Shown here: piece after piece, positions 1-12,640 of the stretch | How positions within the stretch are numbered: position 1 is the stretch's first letter | Layout of the letters: each line of letters opens with the position of its first letter | Position numbers and translations under genes: made by a program | From: Heterodontus francisci | Taxonomy: Eukaryota | Length of the DNA stretch: 64,000 bases | Direction: 5' to 3' | NCBI RefSeq assembly: GCF_036365525.1 | Contig: NC_090373.1 | Location: 48,876,600-48,940,599 of the forward strand | Notes under the pieces: generated by a model | What the model was told of the DNA's origin: nothing | Database searches by the model: none | Seen by the model: only the letters and a program-made list of their open reading frames with translations

Positions 1-1429
1 CTCCCAGGACTACAATTCCTCCACTCTGTTCAACCTGTCTGGCTTTTTTGTTGAATGTTTTAACTATGAGGTGAAGTTACATCTGCCTGAGGTCTATTTA
101 GCTTATTATTAAGTCCTTTGGATTTGTCCTATTTCTGCACAGGTATGTTTTATTTACTTGCAATTGATAAGATTAGAAAGTTTAACCTAAAATTAATGAC
201 AGGTAATAAATCACTATACAGTTCAAGAGTTGGTATCCTTTATGTTTTCAACCTTAATTGTCATTATGTATATTTTTTTTACAATTTTTAAATTTTGTTT
301 CTATGTCCCAAACCAGCTGAAATTTTCACCAGCTATGTATAGGTTTGGTGGTACAATATAAACTCTAATGTTTCTGTTCATGCAGTACAGTGATCTTGCC
401 AGCAGGTGTTGCTATTGCACTTTGAAAGAACTTCATAAGCAGTTCAGCGCAATATTTTGGAGACAAGAGGATCTAACCAACCACAGCTCTCCGGCAGCCA
501 CTAAAACCAGCAATGGATAGAAGCAAAAAAAAATCTAAATGTATGGCCCTGACCTCTACAATGGCCCTGTCCTCTGTAGTTAAGTTGTATGGGTGCAAAT
601 GGAAAACCTTGTTTGGGAAAACAAACATGTGAACAAGAAGTGTTGCCAATTTATATAAAAAATGGATGATTGAAACCACTTCTTTATTGATATGTAACAA
701 GCGTGATTCTATGTTTTGAGTGACAAATGTTTTAATTTGTGGAAACTAAGTCATGCTGTGAGTTAAAATGTTCTTTTGCCTTTTTGGCATATATTTCAAC
801 CCAGCACATTTTCTATATATAAACTGCTAGGATCCTAAAACAATAGAATTTAAGCAATGCCAACTCAGCTCCAAGTGGATACAAGTCACCTCCAGAAATC
901 CAGAAACAGTTTATGAGCTGACACTAAATTGCCAGTCCCAAGCAAGACCACAAAGCTGGCCATGTCAGAAATGGAATTGTCACATTGGTGTAATAGTGGT
1001 ACTTTCTTGACATTTACACTTGAGATATATTGTTGCGGGATCATTACCTCACTTCTAATCTGTCTGATACCTAACTTATGCATACCTTTTGCTGGAATTA
1101 GGGCAAAGAGCAGCAAAATATCCTAGCCCTTAATGAATACACAATATTCAACAAAAATGTTTACATTTACAAAAATAAGAGAAAAACAATTGCCAGAAAG
1201 GGATCCAGTTCATATCACAGATTCTTGACATTTCAAAAGTATCAATGAGACTTGGGAAACATTTCAATGACACCTTTAATTTTAACATTGAACATTCATG
1301 TGACAAGACACTTTGGTGGCTAACCTTGATGCAGCTACAGAAATATTCAACAACAACAACAATGCATTCTTCCAGTTATCAGCAACTGCTTTATTACCTA
1401 ATCCTGTTATTTTCCTGTTTGATTTTCCA

Positions 1430-2160
1430 TAATTCACATGGCCACTCGTATATGGAGCTTATATTCTGCCTTTGTTCTTACTGGATCTTCTTCCACAAAA
1501 TTGTGTGTGTTTTTCCATTCATTTTTTTTTTCCCAGGCAGAACTGAAGAGAGCATCAGTCACTCTGACATTCCTCTCTGGACAGGATACAAGAAAAAGCT
1601 TGTAGTCTGATAACAATCTTTTTCTTATCTGTATCCTCCAACCTCTCTCTCTCTCTCTCTCTTTGTCACATGCTTTCTTGTTTCTATTTAAATGAATACT
1701 GCTGTGGGCATTTCTGAACTTTCCTCTTGTTCTTCCTCCCTGTATACTCATCGTGCTGAAATCAAGAGTCGTTGCAACATCATTCAGAAACTCATTCCTT
1801 CCCAGGATCTTGAAATTTTGGAACACCTTACCTTCCTCTTTACAATCTTCCAGAATGAACATAGAGTCCAACAATTTCAGATCATAACCACTGCTCCCAT
1901 TTATCGGACAGCAGCTGTTGATAATGATTCTGCTGTTCATTAAATCACTCCTGCCTTCCACCCTAACACAGACCTTCCTTTTTGTTCATTCCTCTCCTCC
2001 CTCCCTTTCCCTGCATATATACTTGCATAAAACCTGTCACATCTGTAATGTTTTCCAGTTCTGATGAAAGGTCACAGACCTGAAACATTATCTCAGTTTC
2101 TCTCTCCAAAGATGTTGCCTGGCATGCTGAATATTTCTAGCATTTACTGTTTCTATTACC
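1430..2160 (+). mobile_element. Penelope-like element remnant (ORF C-terminus plus pLTR/3' end)
   Basis: ATGAACATAGAGTCCAACAATTTCAGATCATAA (MNIESNNFRS*) resembles the C-terminus of vertebrate Penelope ORFs. It is followed by the tail ...TTCTGATGAAAGGTCACAGACCTGAAAC...CTCTCTCCAAAGATGTTGCCTGG, homologous to 58650-58867. The 5' boundary is uncertain. Confidence 0.6.
2057..2093 (+). ncRNA. Minimal type-I hammerhead ribozyme motif (probably decayed) in Penelope pLTR
   Basis: AGTT-CTGATGA-A-AGGTC-ACA-GACCT-GAAA-CATT: CUGAUGA and GAAA cores around a perfect 5-bp stem II. Stems III and I are mutated relative to the GAAACGTTAACT form seen at 58754. Confidence 0.55.
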
Positions 2161-2519
2161 TTCCTCAGTCCTTTTTTCCCTCCAACAAGCTTGGCATTAT
2201 CCAGTCACCTTTTCTCTGAGCCTTTCAGCCTTTGTATCATTCTGCACTTTGGCCTTGGCTTTTCAGCTAGATTTTTCAATTTACAACAGGAATTCTGCCA
2301 CATCTGTGGCTTTGTGCTGTACACTTCACTTTAACAGAATCACAACTATAATGAGATCGAGTTGAACTGGAATAAATGTAGCACTGATTATTTGAAATGA
2401 CATATGTTAAATCATTTTATTAGCTAATCAGATACAGACTAAGAACATGGACTTTGATTTGAAACTGGGTAGTGGAGGTGGGAGGAGCCAAAGGGATGCC
2501 GCTATGCTTTGCGAATTTA

Positions 2520-2790
2520 AAATTCACATCCTTGTGTTCCGATTCTCCCATGGCACCTCTCCTCCCTATCTGTGTAAGCTCCTGAAGCTCGACAACCCTC
2601 CGAAAAAACTACATTCCTCCAATTCTGGCAACTTGTGCGTCCCTGATTTCCTGTGTCCTACAATTATCGGCCATTCCTTCAGCTGCCGTGGTCCTAAGCC
2701 CTTGAATTCCCTCCCTAAACCTTCTCTCTCCTCCTTGAAGATGTTCCTTAAAACATCAATTAATAATGCTACCCAATGTTTTATGGCAGT
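2520..2790 (+). mobile_element. L2-type LINE 3' fragment
   Basis: Homologous to 12260-12500 (aattctcatcc...ctccctatctctgtaa...ccttcagct...ccctaa...ctcctt(t/g)aagatg). Confidence 0.55.
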
Positions 2791-3694
2791 TATTTATTTT
2801 TGGCCAAACAGCTTTAGAAAGGATTCCAACATTTTTTGACACTTTTTACTTTCAAGTGGCTCCATCTCTTGAAATCTCTGCTGCAGCCATTTAAGGGGTA
2901 TTAATATCCTAGATATTCTGCACCCTCCCACCTTTGTTGAGCTCCAAGTAGAAGACCCATTCCAGCCTGGTGTGTATATGAAGTAAGGGCTAACAATGGG
3001 ATATCTGGCAGGGTTAGCTTTTCCAAGTTCTGGTGAATGCTGAGCTCCCAGTAAACCAGTGCTCTCGTTCACAAAGCTCAGCTAATTGCTCAGCAATGCA
3101 CAAAGCAGCAATTCCAGGTTTAATTTTGAGTTTTACAGGTATCTTTCAGCAGTACCATAGCCTGAGGACTTCTACTACAGATACATTGATGACATACAGT
3201 TTCAAGTATCTACTATTAATTAGCTACTAACTTGTTTAAACAACTTCTAACTATTCTTACAGTTGTGTATCATTAGTGGAGCTTTTATCATGTTAACTAT
3301 GGAAATATCGTAACTCTCCCAACAGCTCTACGAGTATGTGCAACATCTTGTTGGAACCGTGCCATACAGATTTGGAGGATCCCAGTTTTGATTGCTGGAA
3401 AGTCTATGTATGGTTGTTGGGTAAAGTGCTCAAAGGGGAATAGGCCTGTCGATACTTATTGGTCAGGCTCATGCAAGAACAACAACTATCTATTGAAACT
3501 ATAAGCCAGCATGAGTCAGCACCTTCAGAAAAGGAAGAAAAACAATTTATAGAATAAATAACTGGAAACTTAAATTAAACTTACAGGTAATATCACAGGG
3601 TATACATTAGGGATTCTTGGTCCCAACAGGCGGCTTCGTCCACTGGCTTATATTGTTATTTCAGGCCCAGAAGGCAACAGAACACATTGTAAAT

Positions 3695-5640
3695 AGGGGG
3701 CGCAAAATTAAACACCCCAATTTTTGGGCATGGGAGCCATGGTTGGCGGCGTGCCCATTCGGATTGAGTTGGGTAAGACACAAAATGGTCTACCCACATC
3801 ATCTGAATGATTTCAGCGCAGGAATCTGCCTCCAGATTTGGTCTCCTTTGTGCAACACTGCCAGTGTCGTCTGCACACAACAGGAGGCACAGGCAGTGTT
3901 GTTTCTGATCACGTGGTACAGGCAGCCTGCTCTTTCTCAAAGGTAGACTACTTCTTAAAGGCAAGTGGAGAAAAATATTGCCAGAGTGGAAATTCCTGAA
4001 AAATGAGTACTAAGGCATGCAGAAGGATCCAGACTGACCTCACGCGAGTGGTCAATGTCAGTGAATGCATCTTCACATAACATCTTCTACCCACTGCTCC
4101 ACCAGCCTGTCACGCTGCTCAATGCACTACAGCCCCATCACTCACCCAGCAGCATTTCCTGGCACTCAGGACTCATGCCTAACATTCAGATTCTCCACCT
4201 AACCCTCACACAGCTACCAATGCTGCCAGCCTCATATCCATCTCTAGCTGCCTCTACATGCCTCCATGTGGTAGGCACATCATCCAAATACAGTGTTACA
4301 GAACACTTTTATTATACTGGAATTCTTCCGTTTGTCTTGAAAGATAAGAAGTCACACAGTAGAAGGAAACAATACAAAGTTGACAGAGGACAGGGCCGCC
4401 TCCACCTCCTGAATCCTACGGAGACGATGGCTCTCAGCAGCATGGGGCCATCTGCAGTCAGGCCCATAGCATCCGACGTCACTGAGAACATTGAGGATGA
4501 CGGCATCTTCCTATCTTATGCCCCTTCTTAGCTCCCAGTACACCCTCATCCTGCTTTCTGACATGCTGAGCAAGCTGATAGTGTGACCATGGACAGCCTG
4601 CCTTCCACCCCACCCCAATCCACTTCCCTCACACCAACCTTCCCTTCTGAGTTCCTGCTTTCAGGCACCCAAGAACTGCCACATGTCCCGCCACAGCAGC
4701 TGAAGGAGAAAGAGGTAGATCAACAGCACAGCACTGATGAAGAGGCTCCGTTACTTGAACTGACACTTGTAGCTACCAGCTCAGACACTGGTACGGCACT
4801 TAACTTGGAGGTTGGTATAGATTTGGGACCAGAATGTGTTGCGTCTTCTGGGCATGAGTGGACTGCAGCCAGCCCAAGGTAGGGATGTTTTGTTTGCCAG
4901 CACTCCAGAGAGTGAGCTTGAGCTGAGTTCTGCTGCAGAGGACACATGAGGATCTTGATGGGGCGGCATACAGGAGAGCGCTGAATGGGCATGTACACCG
5001 AGATGCTGGGTGCATTGGCTGGCCTGCCAGTCAGTCTCCTGTTACTGTTGAGGAGCATGGAAGAGGCTGCCTCTAAGTTGGCAGAAAGCATGATACAGGA
5101 CTTCCCTCTCTGCAGCCTCTGCTCCATCTCTTTGTAGTACTGCAGATCCAGTGGTACTGTCACTGTTGCCCCTATACCTGTTGTGCACAGGTCACCTACT
5201 CCTCTACCATCCCCGTGAGGATGCAGCAATGTTCTCCGGCATATACACCAAAACACCTCCAAAAACATTCCCAAATGCTTTTGGACACTTTCCAGTGGAA
5301 GAAGTTCAATAGATTTTACTTACATGCGATTAGGGTGCCTGTCCCTTTAAATAACTTGACTGCGGTGCCCATCTCGCTTCTTCATGCTTCTATTTTTAAG
5401 AGTGGACAATACAGGCACTGTCCAATTTTGATATCCTGGCTGGTTGGGCTGTGTGACATCAGGATAGCGCAATTTTCACATGATTGGGCGCACACAGGGG
5501 ATACAGCTGCCTGCACCATTATTGACGGATGCTGCATGGGGCACGCAGGTAGTAACTCACAAAGTAGCCTGCCCCCTAAGAATGGAGGCAAATCTGCATA
5601 GCACCACGAGAAACAGCACTACGCGATTGAATTTCTCGTT
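3695..5640 (+). mobile_element. Decayed PIF/Harbinger-derived element (Myb-like gene remnant)
   Basis: The peptide DKKSHSRRKQYKVDRGQGRLHLLNPTE at ~4340-4425 resembles the second coding exon of Harbinger Myb/SANT-like genes (compare EKRTQNKWERER at 52258). Subterminal sequence is GC-rich. Boundaries are approximate. Confidence 0.4.
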
Positions 5641-6257
5641 AGGAAGTTTTGTGGGCCTCCTGACCACCAACTTCAGTTCTTTAAATGTATTTCCAACTGG
5701 CAAAACTCCACAGTAGGAGCACAAATTGTATAATTTACTGTCAAGGTGCATTTTGCTTTGTCAGTGCCAAGGCTAGCTTAGCAACTTTAAAGTTTTGTAT
5801 TTTGAATTTAATTTGAAACCAGGACGTGCCAAGAATTTGTAAAAAGGTGCTGAAGATTTGACTGTGTCAAAGAAAAAAACATTCTTATTGCTTAGTGGAA
5901 ATAAGTTAGGGGAGTTTAAAGAAGCTATGCTGTGCCATAAGCAAATCACAATTTGCAAGGACTACTTTTTATGGATCTGTCTTAACCAGCTTTTATTGTA
6001 ATCCTATGCATTTCAAAAATTCTGTTTGGAACTCAGCCAAGTCTCTAGCTGCACATTGGCAGTTGGTTGTGTGATTGAAGGACATTTATGCTCACCTTAC
6101 TAATGCTACCATAATGATAGGAGGCTGGAAGTACAAAACTGTCAATCATCGGAAAGATACAAGTAAAAGAAGTCTTCAGAAGTGCTGTATTTTTTTTGCT
6201 TAGTATCAAGACTTGCCTTTGTTACATTTCAATCAAGAATTTACCTTTTAAAACAAT

Positions 6258-7014
6258 GGCACAGAATTTGCTGGAAAATAATGGTGAGTTTTTTGGGACC
6301 CTCATCATTAGTCTGTAAATACCCCCAAATTTGTAGTGAGGAACTGATACGCTATGAGTTGTAAATCATGACATATCGCTAGATGATTTGTGCTGTTAGC
6401 CTTGTGAAAACAGCAGCTCGCTGGCAACCTCCCCATGAGTGTTAAGGAATTGCTGCATTGGTGTATTAATTACCAGTTAAGCTTGCTGCCAAAAGTTAGG
6501 GCTGGTACTTGATGATGTAAGGACGCTTTTAATGACAAAATTTATATTGCTGCAATGTTGCTGAACCTATCTGGCCCACAGAGGGAACACTTGAACCTCA
6601 TGAGTCTCATTCCTGCAGACAGTAACGTGTTCCTAAGATCTTTACAATTTAAAATGTAACATTTTTTTTTCTACTTTTGCAGTTCGTCTCTTTTTCCACT
6701 CTCTCTCAGTCCAATCTTTCTTTCCCTTTCTATATTTCTATTTCTGTATCTAATTTAACTCTAATTTACTCTATTTCCTGGTCTGTCGTTCCTCTGTTTT
6801 ATTTGCAATTTTTAAATCTCAGTGGTTAAGGAGCAAAACTGTTGGACCCATTGTTCACCAAGGTCCCAGATGCCCCATTGACCTCGCTGCACTCTTATCA
6901 GTTCGCACTTTTAGTGAATTTACAGCGCCAAACATTTCGAGCTGAAGGGTGAGGGAAAATAATCTAACAAATGGGGCACACCGAGGGATGCCCCATTCTA
7001 GCAAATTCTGAGCC
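6258..7014. mobile_element. Non-autonomous DNA transposon (MITE, Harbinger-like)
   Basis: Terminal inverted repeats GGCACAGAATTTGCTGGAA / TTCTAGCAAATTCTGAGCC match at 17 of 19 positions. No coding capacity. Confidence 0.65.
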
Positions 7015-7059
7015 TATGCAAATATATAAAATGGGATGTGAAGCTGAAAAAAGTAAAGG

Positions 7060-8720
7060 CTGCTATGCCTGTGCTGGGACGAGGGAGCAGTACCTCAGGA
7101 CATGCGCGATGCCAATATCATCACCCTCTATAAAAACAAAGGTGACCGCGGTGACGACAACAACTACCGTGGAATCTCCCTGCTCAGCATAGTGGGGAAA
7201 GTCTTTGCTCGAGTCGCTCTAAACAGGCTCCAGAAGGTGGCCGAGCGCATCTACCCTGAGGCACAGTGTGGCTTTCGTGCAGAGAGATCGACCGTTGACA
7301 TGCTGTTCTGCCTTCGCCAGATACAGGAGAAATGCAGCCAACAACAGATGCCCCTCTACAGTGCTTTCATTGATCTCACCAAAGCCTTTGACCTCGTCAG
7401 CAAACGTGGTCTCTTCAGACTACTAGAAAAGATTGGATGTCCACCAAAGCTACTAAGTATCATCACCTCATTCCATGACAATATGAAAGGCACAATTCAA
7501 CATGGTGGCTCCTCATCAGAGCCCTTTCCTATCCTGAGTGGCGTGAAACAGGGCTGTGTTCTCGCACCCACACTTTTTGGGATTTTCTTCTCCCTGCTGC
7601 TTTCACATGTGTTCAAGTCCTCTGAAGAAGGAATTTTCCTCCACACAAGATCAGGGGGCAGGTTATTCAACCTTGCCCGTCTAAGAGCGAAGTCCAAAGT
7701 ACGGAAAGTCCTCATCAGGGAACTCCTCTTTGCTGACGATGCTGCTTTAACATCTCACACTGAAGAGTGCCTGCAGAGTCTCATCAACAGGTTTGCGGCT
7801 GCCTGCAATGAATTTGGCCTAACCATCAGCCTCAAGAAAACGAACATCATGGGGCAGGATGTCAGAAATGCTCCATCCATCAATAATGGCGACCACGCTC
7901 TGGAAGTGATTCAAGAGTTCACCTACCTAGGCTCAACTATCACCAGTAACCTGTCTCTAGATGCAGAAATCAACACGCGCATGGGAAAGGCTTCCACTGC
8001 TGTCCAGACTGCCCAAGAGAGTGTGGGAAAATGGGGCACTGACACGGAACACAAAAGTCCGAGTGTATCAAGCCTGTCTCCTCAGTACCTTGCTCTATGG
8101 CAGCGAGGCCTGGACAACGTATGTCAGCCAAGAGCGACGTCTCAATTCATTCCATCTTTGCTGCCTCCGGAGAATACTTGGCATCAGGTGGCAGGACCGT
8201 ATCTCCAACACAGAAGTCCTCGAGGCGGCCAACATCCCCAGCTTATACACACTACTGAGTCAGCGGCACTTGAGATGGCTTGGCCATGTGAGCCGCATGG
8301 AAGATGGCAGGATCCCCAAAGACACATTGTACAGCGAGCTCGCCACTGGTATCAGACCCATCGGCCATCCATGTCTCCGCTTTAAAGACATCTGCAAACG
8401 CGACATGAAGTCCTGTGACATTGATCACAAGTCGTGGGAGTCAGTTGCCAGCGTTCGCCAGAGCTGGCGGGCAGCCATAAAGGCGGGGCTAAAGTGTGGC
8501 GAGTCGAAACGACTTAGCAGTTGGCAGGAAAAAAGACAGAAGCGCAAGGGGAGAGCCAACTGTGTAACAGCCCCGACAAACAAATTTTTCTGCAGCACCT
8601 GTGGAAGAGCCTGTCACTCTAGAATTGGCTTTTATAGCCTCTCCAGGCGCTGCTCCACACACCACTGACCACCTCCAGGCGCTTACCCATTGTCTCTCGA
8701 GATAAGGAGGCCAAAGAAGA
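7060..8720 (+). mobile_element. 5'-truncated RTE-clade LINE
   Basis: RT motifs NYRGISLLS, QCGFR, FIDLTKAFD, GVKQGCVLAP, LFADD and FTYLGS; C-terminal RWLGHVSRMEDGRIPK and CxxC motif (CSTCGRACHSRIG); (AAG)-type tail. Confidence 0.92.
7102..8668 (+). pseudogene. RTE reverse transcriptase (one frameshift near 8000 joins ORFs 7102-8385 and 7961-8668)
   Basis: RT homology switches frame at ...MGKASTA / LSRLPKRVWEN. Confidence 0.88.
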
Positions 8721-11700
8721 CATAATTATTTCCTCATGATAAATCCTAACTAGAGATCAATTTATAACTTGTTTAGCCTGCACTGAGCAAGTAATTACTG
8801 TTTTAAATAATAACTAAGGATCACCTAAAATATACCAATAATACTCCTCTCTATTTTTGAACGACTGGACAGTAAAATAATATAGCTATTTCTTCCATTA
8901 AAATAGTGGACATAACAAAGTCATCCAAACGTATTAAGTATCCATCTATAAATATTGCCAGCAGCAATGTCAAAGCTGATGTTCAAGAGACTGTAGAATA
9001 CACAGGGATTAAGTTTCTCCTTCACCACTTGAGCAGGAGATTGGCAAAATGGGAATGAAAATCAGGTGGGTTCTCGAATGAACTGGTAATCTATTCTGCC
9101 AGTTTACCACAGTTTAGCAGTGAAGGTGAAAATTACCCGACTCAAAGACTCTATGAGGATAATTATGCGTTCGAAATCTTGTTTCTTTTTCCAGGAAATG
9201 GAAGATAGGTGGCTGAATGCTAAACTTTGCTGGCTTCCTTTGTCTAGCACTTCGTGGCTGATGTTTATCTGATGAGAAAACAGGATTCATTTAGGACCAA
9301 CGTTCGGGTAATCACAAAGCTGCCTGGAATGTAGATCTCCTTAGACTACATGGAAGAACAGATACATCACCTACAGTATACATGAGGTAAAATGAGCAGA
9401 TATCATTAGTCCTGAAGGGGTTAGAAGCAGAACTTCCTCTGGATCATTCAGCTCATTGTGGAAAACAGACACATGCCTGTTACTGATGCAGAGATCAAAC
9501 ATATTCTCACTAATGGACCATCAACAATCCTAGATGGATACTTCCATTAGAGTGCTTGGGTCATACCTTGTACCCCTTCTCATACATCTACATATACAAC
9601 AGAAATCAGTTGCACCTCTGGTAGACAGTCACCAATGAGATAAGATACTGGGGACTACTTTAACTTTGGCTGATGTTATAACACAGGCGATATTAGATCA
9701 GCTGCCCATTATATTATATGCTCCGTCCAATTTTCCTTTCCATGAAAGGTCAGCTGCTAATTTTTAAGTAATGCACTTTATTCACATTCCTGGCAAAAAT
9801 CAGGGTATGATCGTAACTCCACCTGGGTAGTAATCTGGCAGAGCTGATTGCCTTCCTGTTACAGAACTTGTCTAATTTTTGTTTCTTTTCCATTTCAGCT
9901 CATTAGGTGGGGATGTGCTTTGGACTGAACACTCTGTACGCACGACTAAAGGAATACTTCCAGCTCTAGTGGCTTGATATTGACGCTGCCTTTGAAACTG
10001 TAGCCGTGTTGGTAACATCAGATATGGCAACAGATTGGAGATGCATTTGATCTCTCTTTAGCAAGTTGTGTCTACAGTTCAAACAAGAACTTCTCCAAGA
10101 TTGGCTTACTATGCACCATCATAGATTGGCTGTTACAATTTTAAGATGCTCACTTAGGTACAGTAATGCTGCCACTCCTATAAGTGGTCTGGGGATTCTT
10201 ACTTTTAGGCATTTTTTCCATATTACCCATATCTAACTATACAATAGTGCAATCTGGATGTGTAACAATAATATCCCTTTATCTGAATTATTGGAATTGT
10301 ATCTGAAATTAACTGACAGTTAATTCCAGTCGAAAGCCAACCATCCCTATTCTGTAATGAGATATTCTGTGATATTTTTGTGGGTTTTTTTCAGATAGTA
10401 CTTGTATAAAACTTAAATGAACGCTCCAAAGTTATCATTTTGGCCTAATCAGCTTAACGACCTGCAGCACTACAGCTACAATTTTAAATGACAGTCCAAA
10501 AGCCATGCAGATTTGTTTGTAAACTTCGACATCCCAATATCTTAGTCTTGGCATCTCTGCTAATTACATTTTTCACATGATTGACAGACTATTTGCAAAT
10601 CCAGCATTCTACAAATTACAGTTTGTAAGGTGATGGTCGTAAAACCATTCAATTGCTTCTTATTAGAACTAAAGCAAATGGAGCTGTTTTGAGTTCCACA
10701 GAGTCAATCCTTACAAAAAGCAATCTCAAATCATAGATGGCAATGTAAGCAACATATCCAAGTAAATAGGTTTCTCTAACATTTTTATAATTCTTCTCAC
10801 AAGGTCAAATATATAACTTTAAGGAACAAAGTGACTTCTGAAGTTTGCGAATATCTTCTGAGTGTGCTTTTTGTTTTAGGTGTTCTAAAAAGGTCATTAG
10901 GCAGATATTGCTTGAAAATCTACTGTGCAGCCCATCCAGTTTGATTAGAGAAATTATTAAGGATATTTATAGGTGCTGCATTACTATTACTCAACAATCT
11001 ACAGGCTGAGAAAATTTCTGTTAACCCAAGAAATTATTTTTAAAAAAAGCTCCCGGAACCATATTAACCCAAAATCAATTGTAAGTGTCTGTAATGAGTA
11101 ATTACAACAATCACAAGATACTTTTGTGAATTTAGCTCCAAGTCACCCTGAGGTATAAATAAAGTCTTATATTTTATAAATGTATTATATTTTATAAATG
11201 CCCTTATCCACTAGACAGCAAATGTTACTGCTACCCTTAGCATTTTCTATTAACTGAAGCATTTGTTACTGTCCTACTGCACTAATGCTGTAAATGCTAT
11301 GCTGGCAAATGAAGCAATAATACTTATTTGGTAATATTAAACAGTGGTTGACAGTTTGAGAGTTGTTATCGGAAAGGCATTTGTAAAAGTGAAGGCTTAT
11401 ACCCACAAGAAGCACTAGAAAGAGTTGACTAAGAACTTTGGAGCATATATTTGGTTTTGCAAATGAAAAGGTAATTTTGTCAGTAAATATTTTGAGTTAC
11501 AAGTGAACCAGTAGCTTTAAATACTTGGATCCACTTTTTAAATTTTTTGCAATAAGATAAACCAGCTAACCATTATTAATCATTTCAATTAAGTTTCTGA
11601 TTAAGATGGAAATTAAGTTTCATGACCCTGGCAAGTCATCAACAACAGAGCTGTTCAGAAAATGACAGATGGGGCTGAAAATAGGAAGTGGAAGCAGGGG

Positions 11701-12042
11701 TGAGAAAGGGATTTAAGTTCTGATTTTTGCTTTGCTCCTGATAAAGTAGCGTTGAAAACTTTAGTAACTCATATTTCCATAAGGTAAGATGCAAATGAAT
11801 GTGGAGAAAATGGTTGTATTTTAGAAAATTTTGGACAATTTGCTCAAAATAAGCAAATTTTCCAGCCCAAACTTATATGACTGGCAAGTCTTTTGAGAAA
11901 GAAAACCGGGAAACTTCACATATGCTGAATTGGAAGTTAAGTTTGTGGGGCAATAATTAAAATAGCGTCTACCTTTGGAAGCAAAAGTATTTTGCAAATT
12001 CCTTGCATGAAGAGGAGGTTAGCAACTTCTAGAAATGAAAAG

Positions 12043-12640
12043 AACTCATCTGCTGCTGAAACCCTCATCCATGCCTTTGTTACCTCCAGCTTGACTATTC
12101 CATTGCTGTCCTGGCCAACCTCCCACATTGCATCCTCTATTAGCTTGAGCTCATCCAAAACTCTGTTGTCCATACCCTGACTCGTATGAAGTCCCATTCA
12201 CCCATCACACCTGTGCTTGCTAGCCTACATTGGTTCTCGATCTGCCAATATCTTGATTTTACAATTCTCATCCATTTTTCAAATCCCTCAATGACCTTGT
12301 CTCTCCCTATCTCTGTAACTTCCTCCAGCCTTAAACTCACCAAGATCTCTGCACTCCTCCAGTTCTGGTCTCTTGTTCATCTTCAATTTTAATCCCTCCA
12401 CCAGAGGGTGGCCATGCCTTCAGCTACCTTGGCACTAAGCTCTTCCCTCCCTAAATCTCTTTGCCTTCCTACCTCTTTCTCCTCCTTTAAGATGCTCCTT
12501 AAAGCCTACTTCTTTGACTAAATATTAGGACAGGTGACCAAAAGCCTCCTTGTGTGGCTGGGTGTCAAATTATGTTTGATAACGCTCCTATGAAGCACTT
12601 GGGGCTTTTTATCAGGTTAGAGGTGCTATAAAATTTCAAG
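12043..12640 (+). mobile_element. L2-type LINE 3' end
   Basis: SSAAETLIHAFVTSSL...SHSPITPVLASLHW is typical of the L2 ORF2 C-terminus. The 3' tail reads ...aggtgctataaaatttcaagttgttgttg. Confidence 0.8.

Noticed and set aside
7-20. GGACTACAATTCC resembling the ZNF143/THAP11 promoter motif
   Set aside because: The match is partial, lies at the window edge, and has no CpG-island or promoter context.
6096-6124. Candidate 29-nt minus-strand micro-exon (ttccag|...AAG|gtgag; SYHYGSISK)
   Set aside because: The splice signals are good but there is no recognisable protein and no compatible neighbouring exon; it needs RNA-seq.
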